Below are positions 1 to 19,825 of a stretch of 64,000 bases of DNA, piece by piece (within the stretch, counting starts at the first letter, position 1; each line of letters opens with the position of its first letter). The DNA is from Trichinella spiralis (Eukaryota): assembly GCF_000181795.1 (NCBI RefSeq), contig NW_003526943.1:5759806-5823805 (forward strand), read 5' to 3'. The position numbers were made by a program, and so were the translations under genes. The notes below the pieces were generated by a model. It ran no database searches. It was not told the origin of the DNA and was given only the letters and a program-made list of their open reading frames with translations.

Positions 1-2036
1 AAATTGATTCTTCGAACAACAGTTGAACTTCAAAAATCACCCTCGGCTAAGACCTGTGGGTCCAATCTGTATCCCAAACATCAAGTTGAACGGTACAGGT
101 TCAGAAAGATTATTTCCAGTTGTCGGAGATTTTATTTGAAATTTCTTGATAACGTTAGCTATATCTTCCCCTGAGAAGCCATCAAGCTGAAAAGCACGGT
201 CAATCAATCATTCAAAATACAAATGCAAAGCTTTACCCATGTATCAACAAACCCTAGCTAATATGTCGGTTAGCTCTTGACAAGTTTCCAGGCTCTTTTT
301 ACTGTTCAACACTTTCTCCACGTGCGCTGAAAAAAATATATGCCATGAAATTAAATTTAAAATAAATTCCAATTATAACTTACCTTTGATCAAATGATCC
401 GCACGAAAACATTCGCCATTTATCACATCTTTCACCATGTAATCGCAAAAACGATCCACATGTCCTGAAGCCCTGAAGTGAAAAATCAAACTTGAATAAT
501 AATTTCGAAATTGAAACAAATAAATATTACATCAAAACTTGTTCCGGAGTAAGCATTGAACAATCGACCTCTAGCATATTTTCTTCAATTATAAAGTGAT
601 TTCTCCAAATTTGTAACAAATTTGCTTTCATGGCACATCCAACAGGTCCATAATCATAGAGTCCCGTTACACCTGCAATTAGAAAAAATAAAACACCGCC
701 GAGCTATCAATAATCTGATTTGCTTCACTTACTGCAGAAAAACCCACTGTTATTTTTTAAACTGAATTTCTAGTTAAACTTTCAATAAACTATTTTACCG
801 TATGTAGGGATAGTATTAAAAAAACTTGCTCATAAATAAAACTGTCCAATCGAATTTCCATTTACAATAAGCTAATTTTCTGCAAGAATGTAAAGTTTGA
901 TAAATTATAAAATCTAACCATTGTAAACAATTCTTAATTTAATGTACCAAATAAAATTAAATTATAAAATTTTTTTAGTTTTTTCGATTTACAGTAAAAC
1001 GAACTTGAGTGCTTTATACTGTAAATGAAAATAACACAAGAATCACAACACTGAAATGAATGATTTAAGAAGAAAAACGAGGCAATTACATATATATATA
1101 TATATAATGTATTTGTGACGAACATGCAGTTTATTAAACTTTCGGCAAGAAATAACATTGTAAAAACAAGCTCACTGTAACATAAATGTTGCCAGTGTTT
1201 ACCAGAGGGACAAGAATGCAGTACAAACCTCCATAAATGGCAAATGACTGATCGTAGAAAAATCTTCTTTTTAGCAAATCTTCCATCTTAAATCGATCTA
1301 CTTTCATGATATTCGACGCAAATTCTTGCTCCTTAAAAGAAAATTAAATTTTTAAAAGTGCTGGATGAAAAATATCGTACTTTTTCCGCAATGCTTTCTT
1401 TTGTTAGCTTAAGTGCTTGTATTGCCTTTTGAATTTCTGCGGCAGGAGCATTTGTATCTTTCAACTTCTGCACCGTATTACCCTGTGATCAACGTATTTC
1501 AGTTCAAATAAAATAATGCTAATCAAGAAACATGCTGAAATGATACGTACTTTCTATTATACCGCAGAGTTAACAATAACAATAGTTATAAATAGTCATT
1601 TATATTTTTATCATTGAACAACCATAATACAACTACACTTTTCAACTTTATTATAATCAAATTGTTTCTACTCTACAAGAGCTTCCCTCTTTACAGATGT
1701 TACTTTAATGGGATTTTGAATTAATATCTGTGCATTTACTACTAATTCCTTTTCGATCCAATTTATTTAAAAACCTTAAAAATGGCTCTAACTTGGTTGT
1801 TAATATAAACTTCAAAAAATTCAATAAGAAAGAATAAAATCAAATCCTGTTTTAAAATTCACCTGTTCTTTTGCAAGTTTACGAAGTGGTACCAATACTT
1901 CCTCAAATGATGGATTTTGCATGTTTTTTATTTTTAATGATAAAAGTACTTGTCGTTTTCTACTAAATTTCTCCTTTACAGTAAATCTACGACAAATAAG
2001 TTGAATATTTGCCAACACACCACATAAAGGCCGCAT
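1..2036 (-). CDS. GARS1: Glycyl-tRNA synthetase, 5' part (multi-exon, continues off the left edge)
   Basis: Spliced translation: WHEP-like exon ([25 protein letters not shown]), then [58 protein letters not shown] and [15 protein letters not shown]...CFRADHLIK, all hallmark eukaryotic GlyRS motifs; GT-AG introns. Confidence 0.95.
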
Positions 2037-3035
2037 TCACCTGATTTACTGTGACGAAATAAATTTGGAATGCAAGTTCGAAACTGTATTTGCTGCTTTT
2101 CAAAGCTGTATTTTATTTAAAAAACATTAAACTACAAAATTGCCATCTTTAATGTATTATAAAAAATGAAATTTATATTTCAAACATTGAGCAACTAATA
2201 ATTAATTGTAATTTATGTTGCACTTATGATACTGCTTTAAAGTTTAATTTATTCCACAATCAGAGCAATAAACTGAACGTCTTCAAAATATTCTCTGAGT
2301 CACAGAACAGTTTGAAATTTTTTCCGTACTCTAATTTCTTGTATATTTCAATTTTTTAATTCCATTTGTCTGTGTTCCCTATATTTATCAGAATGTCCAG
2401 TCATTGACTTCTCAAAACAATCGAGAGTCGACAACAAAAGCCAAAAAACAATACCAATTGCAAACAATCATTAAGCAATGAGATCAACATACCCGCAAGC
2501 ACAAACAAATGGTTGGTAATACAAATCTGACAAAACAGTCTGTCAAATAATGCATTATTCCGACATCAGAAATTTCCAAATCATACTACCATAACAGAAT
2601 CGAGAACAACAGTATTCATTCTGCTCTTAAATGGAGTAGTAATCATTATTAATACATATTTCAAACAATAAATTAACTTAAAAACATATGTAAATATGGA
2701 TTTATGACAGTTACAAAGTATGCTAAATGTACAAAAAATATTCTGCTTAAATCCGCAAAAACTAACCATTCTTCATTCTTCAGTCTATATGTACAGCTTT
2801 TACAGTTGAAGCTTATATAATAGCTGCTGTTAGTTTCCTCTGTCGTTTGTCAACATAATATTAAAAAAGTTTTCTTAAACACATGGACAGCAGCATTCAT
2901 ATGCAAGGAATAATGGATCATTAAACCAACCTCGTTGTGTTTTGATAGCTTGAAAAAAGCAAATTCTGTTTAAAGTCAATACATGAATTTTAGAAATTTA
3001 TATTCATAAACAAAATTTTTAATGTGGAAAAATTT

Positions 3036-3107
3036 CTCCCCGGCCGGGAATCGAACCCGGGTCGCCCGCGTGACAGGCGGGAATACTCACCACTATACTA
3101 CCGAGGA
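3036..3107 (-). tRNA. tRNA-Asp (GTC)
   Basis: Minus strand reads TCCTCGGTAGTATAGTGGTGAGTATTCCCGCCTGTCACGCGGGCGACCCGGGTTCGATTCCCGGCCGGGGAG: 72 nt cloverleaf, GTC anticodon, A and B boxes, followed by a TTTTT Pol III terminator (3028-3032). Confidence 0.97.
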
Positions 3108-3571
3108 TACGTATACGATTACCTACTTAAATCCTTAAGAATTATGAACATGTTCAATAAATTTAACGCACACAAATTTTCGCTGTGCTACATCACCAAG
3201 GCTGAACAAAATACAAGCCAGCTTTATATTAAACTTTAAATAAAGTAACTTTTCAACTATCTAGTAAATTTGCAGTCTCTATTTTGTCAAAAAACCCATT
3301 AATTATGAAAAACATTATAAATTAGCAATAAGGGGAAATCACTATCACTATTTGCAAATTACTTTAATTTTCATATCAAAACTTTACTATTGAATCTTTT
3401 AGAGTAAATAAATACAAAAGTAAAAAAACTGCCATCTATTTATTGTTCATCATTGATTATTTTGTTAGAAAATATTAAAAAACAATTTAACACAAACAAA
3501 CACAAAATATCAGAACTGCTTTTATTTTAATATCATCAGAGATGAACCAATAAGCAGTAAAATCATTCAAT

Positions 3572-4959
3572 TCATATTTTGTTGAATGAGACAACGTCCA
3601 CGCTCTGCACCTTAAAACGGAATTGAAAAAATTAAAATTTGCACAAATCACTGTTTACCAAAATATGCTGAAAATAATACGACACATTTTGTTAGCAAAG
3701 CATAAATACAGTCATTTCTAATTGTAATTGACTGCATGTTTTTTTATGCTGAACTTACCAACTCATCAAAATTTTGTATGTCCGTTGATAGAAGGTCAAC
3801 AGAAACTTTTTCATCATGGACAACACAAGCAATTTGCAACTTTTTAATGCCATATCCAACTGGAACAAGTTTAGCTAAACAGTTATTCAGTTAATTTTAA
3901 TAAAGTATAATTTTAAATGCACAATGAACAAACAAACATTCTCCCCAAAGAAGGCCATCCATCTTAATACTTCGAACACACTTCTCCAACTCGTTCATGT
4001 CAGTTTCATCACTCCAGGGCTTCACGTCTAACACAACGCAACTTTTAGCCACCGCTGCTGGTTCTAAATATAAAATAAATATGACGGCTTTTATAAAAAT
4101 AACAATCAATTAGCAAACTTTTAGATTTCCTCGCTTCATAAGCTTTTAATACTTCTTGACGAATTCGCTGTTTCTCTTCATCCTTTGAAAAGTAGAAAAT
4201 AATAAAAATAAAGTTAAATGGATTTCATTAAAATTAACTTCTTCCTCATCTGACGAGCCGAAAAGATCAATGTTTTCATCCTCATCAACCTTTTCAACAG
4301 CTGAAGATTGAGCATTCGATTTACTATCTCCAGTTTTCACAGTTTCAAGGCGCAATTCTAACTTCTCAACACCTTCAAAATAAAATGCATATACATTTTT
4401 AAATACATTTATAGACAGAATGTAAAACCAACAAACACACGTTCCAACAACTTTGCATGCGCAATTTCCATCTGAGAGAGACGAGAAAGAAGTTCCTCAA
4501 ATTCGATAGACTTGTTCTTATCCCCAACCTATAAGAAATTTACTATAAACTAATATATATTGGGCATATTAAACAAAAAAAATAATAGAAAATCAAGAAA
4601 ACTAAAAAAACACGCAAAACAAAAGACAATTACTTTCACAGCTTCAATGTGATTGGACATTTTTTTACGCCATTCACGAATATCGTTTACCATTTCATTG
4701 ACAGATGAATTAGCCTGTAACTTTTTTAACTGAACCTTTTTTCTACAAATCTTCCCAGATCACCAAAATATAAAGAAAATAATGACGTCATTAAAAAGGC
4801 ATGCAGTTCATAAATTAAAATTCAAATCCTCTCACCGTCTATTTATTCTGATAATTAGATTATATGAAACAAACGAACCTTTGCAATCTGTTTCGCTTCG
4901 CATTTGTTTCGATCAATCCAAATATGCTTGTAAACTTCAAATAAACACTTTGCGTCCAT
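3572..4959 (-). CDS. EEF1D: Elongation factor 1-delta (eEF1B delta), multi-exon
   Basis: N-terminal [10 protein letters not shown], leucine-zipper exon ([29 protein letters not shown]), acidic [13 protein letters not shown] domain [36 protein letters not shown]...[12 protein letters not shown]. Confidence 0.9.
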
Positions 4960-5448
4960 TATGTCCTAAATAATGGAAAAATAGTGGATGCTAATCGCAA
5001 TAAAAAAAACTTCAGAAACCCCAAAAAGGTGCTACGTGTGAACAATACGGCAAAAAGTGAATGCACTGAATATACTGTATTTACAGTAATATTTCCAAAA
5101 AATTATTTAATCAGCAATATAATAATTTTGCCTTTGTATTAAAAAATGTAATTAAAATGTTATTAATTTTCATAATCACATTTTTTGCTTGATGTTTCAT
5201 TAATACTACATCGTGGTTAAAAACTGTGCTCTATCACTTGATTTTTTTACAGATTACTGTAGGGCTTAGAAGTTGTATGATAGATTGTCAAAGTTATATT
5301 TGAATCAAGTGAAATTGTTGATTGCTTCACATATTTCTGAAATAATTTTATCGTGTAATTTTTTCTTAGATTGAAAGTGATGATACAGTTCGTTTATGTA
5401 GCGCTATTTTGAAGTTTGTATTTTTATTTTTGTATAGAAACGCATGAC
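4960..5448. promoter_or_regulatory. Divergent (head-to-head) intergenic region between EEF1D and CYFIP, probable bidirectional promoter
   Basis: Two start codons ~490 bp apart on opposite strands; promoter activity inferred from geometry only. Confidence 0.45.
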
Positions 5449-11447
<5,999 letters not shown>

Positions 11448-11735
11448 ACTACATATTTCATTTTATGAATATTCATTTTTCATACAAAAGGAATATATAT
11501 GATAAAAGTATATTATTAAATATGCAATGTTTATTGCATTAACTGTATACATATTTAATTGACTCCAAAAAGATCGCGATTGTCTAATTGGAATAATATA
11601 TGAGTAAATTATTCTTTTCTAGTGATGAATTCTTTTTGCATTTAAACTGTTTTTTTGCAGATTGCAATACTTTTGATATGACTGTTGCATGTTGTAATAT
11701 TGTCAATTGTAATTGTTTTGTTGAACAGTTGAAAC

Positions 11736-13689
11736 ATGAAGGAAGAAGACGTTTATGAGACCAGTGATCTTCCGGAATGTGAACAGCACATCAAAACTGA
11801 AGTAAATGATGGCCACATGTTTTTTTAAATTTACAGAAGGCTAATTTCTTTTTTGTATATTTTCTTTAGGAAGTATTCGAAAGTGAGCATATCGATTCGA
11901 TTAGCATCAGTCCATTGGCTGCATACGAGGTGTTCAAAGCAAAAACATTGGAATCAGATCAAGCCGGTTTGATGACAGATTAATGTTAATTTTTTTTATG
12001 CTGAAAAAGTGGCAGAGGTTTTGCTTTTTAGAGTTGGGCGAATATTTCAAAGGATATGATCATAAATTGCAGGTGGAATTTGTTGAAATGAGCGTTATTG
12101 GATTTGAAAATTAAATTTCAATTTAATTCAGGTCAGTGAGGAATCGATTGGTGAAAAATACAATCGTTTGAGACGTGAAGTGGATGAACTCGTTAAAAGC
12201 ATATCCTCTGCGAAAGTATGACGAAGAGTTATTAATTTCTCAAAAATATTGCATACAGAAGTAGTCGGTGTTTGTATTGTATAATAAAGAATGAGTTTGG
12301 TAGGATTTTTTCTAGTAAGAGAGAAAAAATATATCCATTTTTCAGGAATCATCCCAAAGCGCAAATACGGCAGAAGTATTGAACAATGAAAAGTTGACTT
12401 TCGAAGAAGCGGATGCTTTGCAGCATATGTTGAAGAAACTTCAAGTGGAACAAGTTATTGGGGAATCTTCGACATCAATCGCAAATGAACAAGAAAATCG
12501 TTTGATGTGATTTACAAACAGGAAACAGACTTTTGTTTTTTTTTCATTACTGATTTTCAGGTTGATTACTGAAGCATTTGAAAATTTGAAGAAAATATCA
12601 CCCCCTAAAAAGGATGGCAAAGCCGTTCAGTCGGAAGAGGAAATAGCTAGAAACAAAATCACGTTTGATTTTTACCCTAACAAAGAGCAGCAAGCATTCA
12701 ATGATCAAGCGCGTGTAATTTGAATTTATTCAAAATTAAGCTCATTAATTTTTTGTCTTTATTTAAATTGTAATTTAGATTTCGCAGCTAGAATCACGAA
12801 TTGCGCAGTTTGAAACTCTGCTTGGAGTTGACAAAAAAAATATGGTCTGCGATTATAATGAATTTGGTTGTTGAATTTTATTGAATTACGCGCATTGTGT
12901 TTTAGCAAGCAGTTTTATCCGAATTAAATGGAAAAACTTTCAAGGTATTAATAGCAGTGAAAAAGTTAGTTACGTTGGATGAATAGATGAAAATAATTTC
13001 TGTTCATCATCAGGAGGCGTTGGATGAACTTAAATTGCAAGTGGAGATGCTGGATACAAATCACTTGGATACAATTGAGGCACGTTTGTCGGCGATATGT
13101 TCGAAAATATCTGCAATCAAGGAAAAGAAACCTAATCTCGATTCTGAACAAGAAAAAAAAGTATTTGATTTATTTTATTTTTTAGTATACAAAAATAAAA
13201 ATGCAAATTATATTTGGTTTTGTGTGCAGATTGAAGAGTTGTACGATATGATGAAAAAGTGGGATAGTACGTGTGATTCGCTTCCTTTAATAGTGGACAG
13301 ATTGCAGTCTTTACAAGTTTTGCATGAGCAAGGTTTGGCATTTGAAATTTTTTATTAAATGAAAAAATTTATTAATAATATTCTTATGCTGTATATGATG
13401 AAGTATAAAGTATATGATGAGTAAAAGTTGTTTACTTTTTTTTATTACTTTCAGCAGTTCAGTTTAGTCAATATTTGACGTACCTGGACGGAGTGCAACA
13501 AGATATTTCAAAATCTCTCAGCAACTGTTCAACTCTTTTAACAGAAGTAAGCAGTTTTTTTTCCATGGCGAATTTATTTTCAAAATTTTACTGTAGGTTC
13601 AAACCGTATTTGGCAAAAACATGGAAGTGATCAAGGAAAATTTCGAAGCAGTAAAACGACGTATAGCAGCTTTGAAAAATCAGTCATAA
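11736..13689 (+). CDS. DCTN2: Dynactin subunit 2 (p50/dynamitin), multi-exon
   Basis: Starts MKEEDVYETSDLPE (conserved dynamitin N-terminus); ESIGEKYNRLRREVDEL; LPLIVDRLQSLQVLHEQAVQFSQYLTYLD; coiled-coil C-terminus. Confidence 0.9.
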
Positions 13690-14435
13690 ATTGTCAACTT
13701 CATTGCGTAGATGATATGCGTGTTTATTTATCTAAGGGTGATTTTATTTGGTGGTATTTTCAGATATTTTGTATTTCCTAGAAAAACAGAATTTGGTCAC
13801 ACGAATTATCTGTTCTCAGATAAGATATTTTAATAAAAACGAATGAATATCTATTAATATGAAAAGCAGCCTAATTTTTATGTATGTATTTTTGTACGTA
13901 TTAACAAATAATACCATTAGATGGGTAAATGTTTAACATTTCACATCGTATATTTTGTGAGAAAAGATGTAATAGGTTGTAAATCACAATTTCATTTGGG
14001 TAAATAAATTTAAGATGATTCTGAAAAACTTTAGCTTACGTGAGATTTTAAGGCATCCAAAAAAAAGAAATTACTGCTATCATCACATGCAAAAAAGTCA
14101 TAAAATGAACACAAACAAATTCAAATAAGTTTTCATTTCATCGTAAGTGTTCAAATTTCAGCAATCGATTTAAAAAGCAAATTAAAAATCCTGCATTTAC
14201 ATATACTGTAATGAGTCGCATTTTGTAGCAATATTTCACTGAGCATTCCCATCCTGTATTTCTTGATAATTTGGTATTTTTATATGAAAATTTTGTTTTT
14301 TTTAATGAAATAAGTGATTGATGAAATCGAATAATTAATTTATGAAAATTTTTGTAATTTACCTGAAAAATCAATTACTGTATTTTAAAACGATTTTCAC
14401 GACATTATTTTAAGAATTTGAACTTGTGCGGCGAA

Positions 14436-16423
14436 ATGGTTGATAAATGTCGTACAGAAATACTTCCATGGTAAATAAATCTTTCGAACATTTTTAGTAT
14501 GATGTGCTTTATTTTGTGTATGCTGTTATTTCAAGCTTTATTTGAATTATGTAAACGAAGCGTTTGCTACTTTGGTTTGTTTTGTTTGTGTTTTTTCAGT
14601 TCGTCAAATTTATTTTTATTTTAAATTAAATTTAATTTAATCTTCAGTTATACGAATAAATGTTGTTTAGGGTTGAAAAATATCGTCCATCAAAATTAGA
14701 AGAGCTAATTTCTCACAAAGATATTCTCGAAACGAGTATAAATGATGTTTTGCAACTTTTACCATGATCTGTTTGATTGTTCTTTTTATTTTTACAACAT
14801 TTCAGTCGGTCGATTTATCAATGAGAACCGTTTACCGCATCTCTTGTTCTACGGTCCTCCTGGAACCGGGAAAACCAGCACCATTTTAGCCTGTGCAAAA
14901 CAACTGTATGAGAAAAATCAGCTGAAGTCGATGGTTCTTGAAGTATGATTTGAAAAATAAATTAATTGCTTTTCAAATTGTGTTGGGAAAGAGAGAAATT
15001 GACGTTGAATTTAGTTGAATGCGTCCGATGATCGTGGTATTGGTGTCGTTCGAGAGCAGATATTGAATTTTGCCAGTACAAAAACGATCTTTGGTGGTCG
15101 TTTTAAAATGATCATTTTGGACGAAGCGGATGCCATGACACGCGATGCACAAAATGCTTTGCGTCGAAGCAAGTTATTTATCATTTATCCTTTATACTGA
15201 TATTCTAAAGAAACTGTGTTTCTGTTTTTAGCACACAGCTAAATTATAAATTTGATTATTTAATTTGTTAAATTTATTTATATTGGATCTCAAAGTGAAC
15301 AACTGTTATCTTTTATTAATTTAAAGTGAATTCTGGTCTTTTTTGATTGTTCTGTTGTTATTTTAGTTATTGAAAAGTACACGGACAATGTTCGATTTTG
15401 CTTGATTTGCAATTACTTATCCAAAATTATACCGCCATTGCAGTCCAGGTGTACGCGTTTTCGATTTGCCCCACTGAAATCAAATCAAATTACACCTCGG
15501 TTGATGCATGTAATTGAAGCAGAGAAGTAGAAATAGTTTGAAGTTTGTTTTAATGAAAAATGAACTTTTCTTTTTTCACTTTCAGAGTAAAATTTACAGA
15601 AGAAGGCTTGCAGCATCTTGTACTTTTGTCTGGTGGAGATATGAGAAGAGCACTGAACATATTACAAGTAGACAACACTTCTCTCAAATGATCAATTACT
15701 ATCCGAATATTATTTTATACTATTTGTTTTTTATTATGTTAATTAAGTAATGCTTTTTTGTTTACAAGATATTTTTCAGAGTACAGCTATGGCGTTTGAT
15801 ATGGTGAACATGGAAAATGTCTATGCTTGTGTTGGAAAACCGAAACCAGATGATATAAAGGCAATTGTGGAATGGCTGTTTAACAAAGACTTTTCAGAAA
15901 CATATAAAAGTAATTATATTTTGTAAAATTTGATTTATCTTTGTTTTTGCAGTTCAATGTTTTCTTCTATTTGCGATCTGTATAGATTAAGTTTAGAAGG
16001 AATAAATAACAATAAATGTGAGAAAGTATTGTTGTACATTTTTCAATAAGTTGTTTTTCTTCATATTTTGATGAATTTAAGTTTTTTTTCAATTTAGTAC
16101 ATTTTTAGTTGATTTATTCTAGGAATAACATTTTTGAAATTGAAAAAAGGTCTCGCGTTGCAAGATATTTTGGAAGAAGTACATTTATTTGTTCAAAAAG
16201 GTTTGCTGATTTTGTTTGTTTTCAAATTTATAATGTAATGTGTATATTTTCAGTGGAAATTCCGGCCCTCGTGAGAATTTATTTAATCGATCGTTTGGCA
16301 GAAATTGAAGAAAGTTTAACGAGAGGGGCAAGCGATAAGCTGCAACTGAGTGCACTGATTGCTGCATTTCATATTGCACGGGATATTATTGAAAAAGAAG
16401 CGATCGTTGTAAAAGAAAGCTAG
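14436..16423 (+). CDS. RFC5: Replication factor C small subunit 5 (RFC36 / yeast Rfc3 class), multi-exon
   Basis: [30 protein letters not shown] (Walker A), [42 protein letters not shown]. Confidence 0.93.
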
Positions 16424-16592
16424 CCTTGTTTTGTGATATTTTTTTGAGAAAAACTTGTTCTCTTTGATCAATATGCATTTTAGCATTTTTTTAAGTTGTG
16501 ATATTGGCTAACTACTTTGAAATGGGAAAATAAACGCAGATTTTCATTCGCTGATAGTGAAATTCATTTAAAACAAGAAAGTTAGGTACAAA

Positions 16593-18626
16593 TCATACAG
16601 TATGACAACGGTAAACTGTTCGTTGATTCTGTAAAGGTTGGTAAATTTCAAAATCGGCATCGTTAAGTATTTTGAATTGAAACGTTTTGTACTCGGACAG
16701 ATGTCTAGGCCGAATTTCAGACAGGCGGTTGTAAACATGCTCCAAATAAGGTGGCAATGGATTCAATTTTGCCAAGTCGATCAGTCGGTATAAATATGCC
16801 CACTGCAACGGACCCATATAATGAGGAGGAAGCGCTTTTCCCAGTGTCATCTTCTGACGCATCTCGTTTTCTAACATCTCATCCTCACGTATTTGTTCTT
16901 CACTTGGCATGTCAAACTTTCCTTTGAGCAGTTCAACGCAGAAACGAACTTGTACATCGAAAAAGGGAAACGGTAATACGGTATAATTGAGACCGATGAA
17001 AAATAAATTTTTCAAATTAACATGAATCATGTGATAATGCAATGGTGAAACGGAATTCGATTTCACGTACAACGGTGTGCAGTGTTGTAGAAATGGAAAT
17101 TCATATTCATAACCAGTGCAAAAAATTATCGTATCTACAGTTAGATATTGTCCATCTTTTAATATTACACCGTTTTTTTCACAACTTTCTATGCCGACTG
17201 TTTCCTCCAAATGTTCGGGAAGAGCAGACTGCAAACGAGAATCATTATGGCATAAGTACACCTGTAAAGGTTTTTTTTTTCTTTTACTCGAACTTCACTA
17301 CTGATATCAATATAATCTGCAGTACACTGACTGGAATATACCTTTTTGGCAAAGTGACTCAGCTCGAATGCAAGGTCAACACCACTTGGTCCTGCGCCTA
17401 AGCATGCAACTCTACGCCCTTGAAACTTTTCCGGAACTCGATATCTTGATGCATGCAGAAGTTCACCTTGAAATTGATCCATTCCTTTGATTTCAGGAAT
17501 GTGAGGCAATGCGTAATGCCTAGTTGTTCAAAATCAAAAAAAACATATATATATGTAAATACAACAAACATTATTTCTCTTACCCACTGCAAACAAAAAG
17601 TGCATCAAAAAAGTGAGTTTCGAAAAGTTTCGTTTTTACATTTTTCACTTCTAATTCCCAACAATATTCACCATTGGGATGCGCATGCACGTCAGTTACT
17701 TTGTAGCCAAACTAATAAAGAGATAAAGGTTAGTAAATTCCAAAGAATATACAAAAATAAAAGAACCTTTATGTGTTGCAATAAGTTGAAATGCTTTGCA
17801 TAATCTTGCAAATAGTCAGAAACTAACTGATGGCAAATGAAAGATTCCTTGATCGTGTTTTTGAAGGGAAAATCTGGGAAACCCATTATCTCTTTTGGAA
17901 GATTAGTTCTAGAGAATAATAATATTGCAAAGTCTACAAATATTCTACACTTTTATAACAAGGAAAATCATCAAATTATAAAAAGCTTAAAAATTTTTCA
18001 ATTTATGATTAACTTTATCGTGTAATACAAATACAAAGTTAAGAAAGTTGACTTAAGTAACCGAACTGACGCTAATCATAATGATTAACGCAGTCAGTAA
18101 GTAAATTAAATATAAAGTTATGCATACATTTTATAATAATTAAAAATGTGGTGAACTGCAAAAAGTGCACTAAAAAAATAAACATCCTTTTCAAGGCTTA
18201 TTTAATGTTTTGCTTTTCAATGCAAAAATTAATGAACTAATTTTTTTCATACTTTTTCTTTCTAGATTTCTTTTTAAGATAGTCCAGAAAATTTCAATAA
18301 CATAAATAAATTTTAAAATTATATTTTGAAGCAAAACAGACGGCAGGATGCGCATGACTACACAAATAAAATTCTATAAGATTTGACATTTACATACAGT
18401 CATATCGATTGATTATAACTGACTTGCCGTCTTACTTCAAATTTTTGTACAGAACCGGATGACGAGTTTCATTTCGAATATCTTCACCCACTTGATCAGT
18501 ATAATTCCAAGTTCCACCAACACGATCCAATATTTCATAAACCACTACCGTTGCATTTTTGATCAGACGTGCGTACTTACAAGCACACAGGCCAGCTGCT
18601 CCGGCGCCAATCACACAAATGCGCAT
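16593..18626 (-). CDS. Flavin-containing monooxygenase (class B, FMO GS-OX/insect FMO-like), multi-exon
   Basis: FAD-binding ICVIGAGAAG, GGTWNY, FMO fingerprint FQGELLHASRY, NADPH-binding GAGPSG, FCTGY motif; no obvious C-terminal membrane anchor. Confidence 0.93.
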
Positions 18627-19825
18627 TTTCTCCACCGTCAACAAATGACCAAATGACTACTGATAGGAATACTGATCACGTGTCAACAGAACAACTTTAA
18701 CACCTAATTTGGACTTTCTCATGCTTATCATAATGTAGACCACAAAACCACGTTACCAACTCATTTTTTGACATTCATACCTCTGCTATTTGGTTATTAT
18801 ATTTTTGTGGATTATTTTATAAACTAACTTTTACAAAAAAAACGTGTACAATTTGTGACTGTAGCAAAATTTATCAGTAACTTGAGCATCATGCAAAATG
18901 GCTAAAGCAAAATAAGTGATAGAAACAAAATTGGAAAATCATTCATCGCATAACTCTCCATTTTTAGAAATTTAAATGAAGAATAAATTTGTCAGAAAAA
19001 ACATGGATGGGCATCCCATTTCCGCATTAGAGATTTGAAAAAAATCAATAAAGACGAATAAATTCCACAACTTATTTTCTATCCTTATTCTACGTTCATT
19101 TTATTTAGAAAAACATTTTTTAAATCACTGCTTGGAGTTTTCCACCGATAAAATGATAATCAGGTAACATTTTTGTAGCCAAGTCATGCAGAGATGATGC
19201 AATTTACAGTATAAATGATTGTGTTTATTACGTAAGGTGGTTGGCGTTTGCTGTTTGATTGAGCAGCAGTTTTGGTAACTATGATCACTACTTTGGTAGT
19301 CACGAAGTTTGATGCGTGAAATAGAAAAGCCAAAAACGGAAAACTCCGCTGCATTTCACGGTAAGAAATGCAATTTTCCTTTTATATTGTTTTACGATAA
19401 ACAACGTTTAATTTCATTTTCAAACGACCACTTTTCATGATAAAGACTTGGAAATATTGTAATTCACTTGATATATTAATGCACTGAGGTTGAATTTAAG
19501 ATATTTAAAAGTTTTTGAAGTATAATGAAAAACCTTTTTAAATTAATCGAGCCAACAGATGTACATATGTTTTTTGAATATAGTTAAACAAATGAGGATG
19601 AAAACAACACTTTGAGCGGTTATATGATATAGTGATTGTAATTTCCACTGATTTATCACTACATAAAAACAGTGATTTCTGAGTATTTTAAGCTAAGCTG
19701 AATTTGAGAATAAAATGCATGATGGAAAGATAATCCTATTTCAACTGCCTCTTTTTATATCTGCTCAAATTGTAGAATTACTAAAATAAATTCGTGTCTT
19801 CTTATATGTATGTCGTAGGCAAAAT

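Noticed and set aside
3024..3239. 71-aa plus-strand ORF (MEKFLPGRESNPGRPRDRR...)
   Set aside because: Antisense translation of the tRNA-Asp gene.
4836..4847. Possible micro-exon with strong GTGAG donor in EEF1D intron 1
   Set aside because: The upstream intron would be only ~31-40 nt and the 12-nt version has an in-frame stop; cannot be resolved without RNA-seq.
14436..16423. U12-type (minor) intron in RFC5 or other genes
   Set aside because: No RTATCCTT donor or AT-AC boundary at the junctions I examined; not an exhaustive scan.
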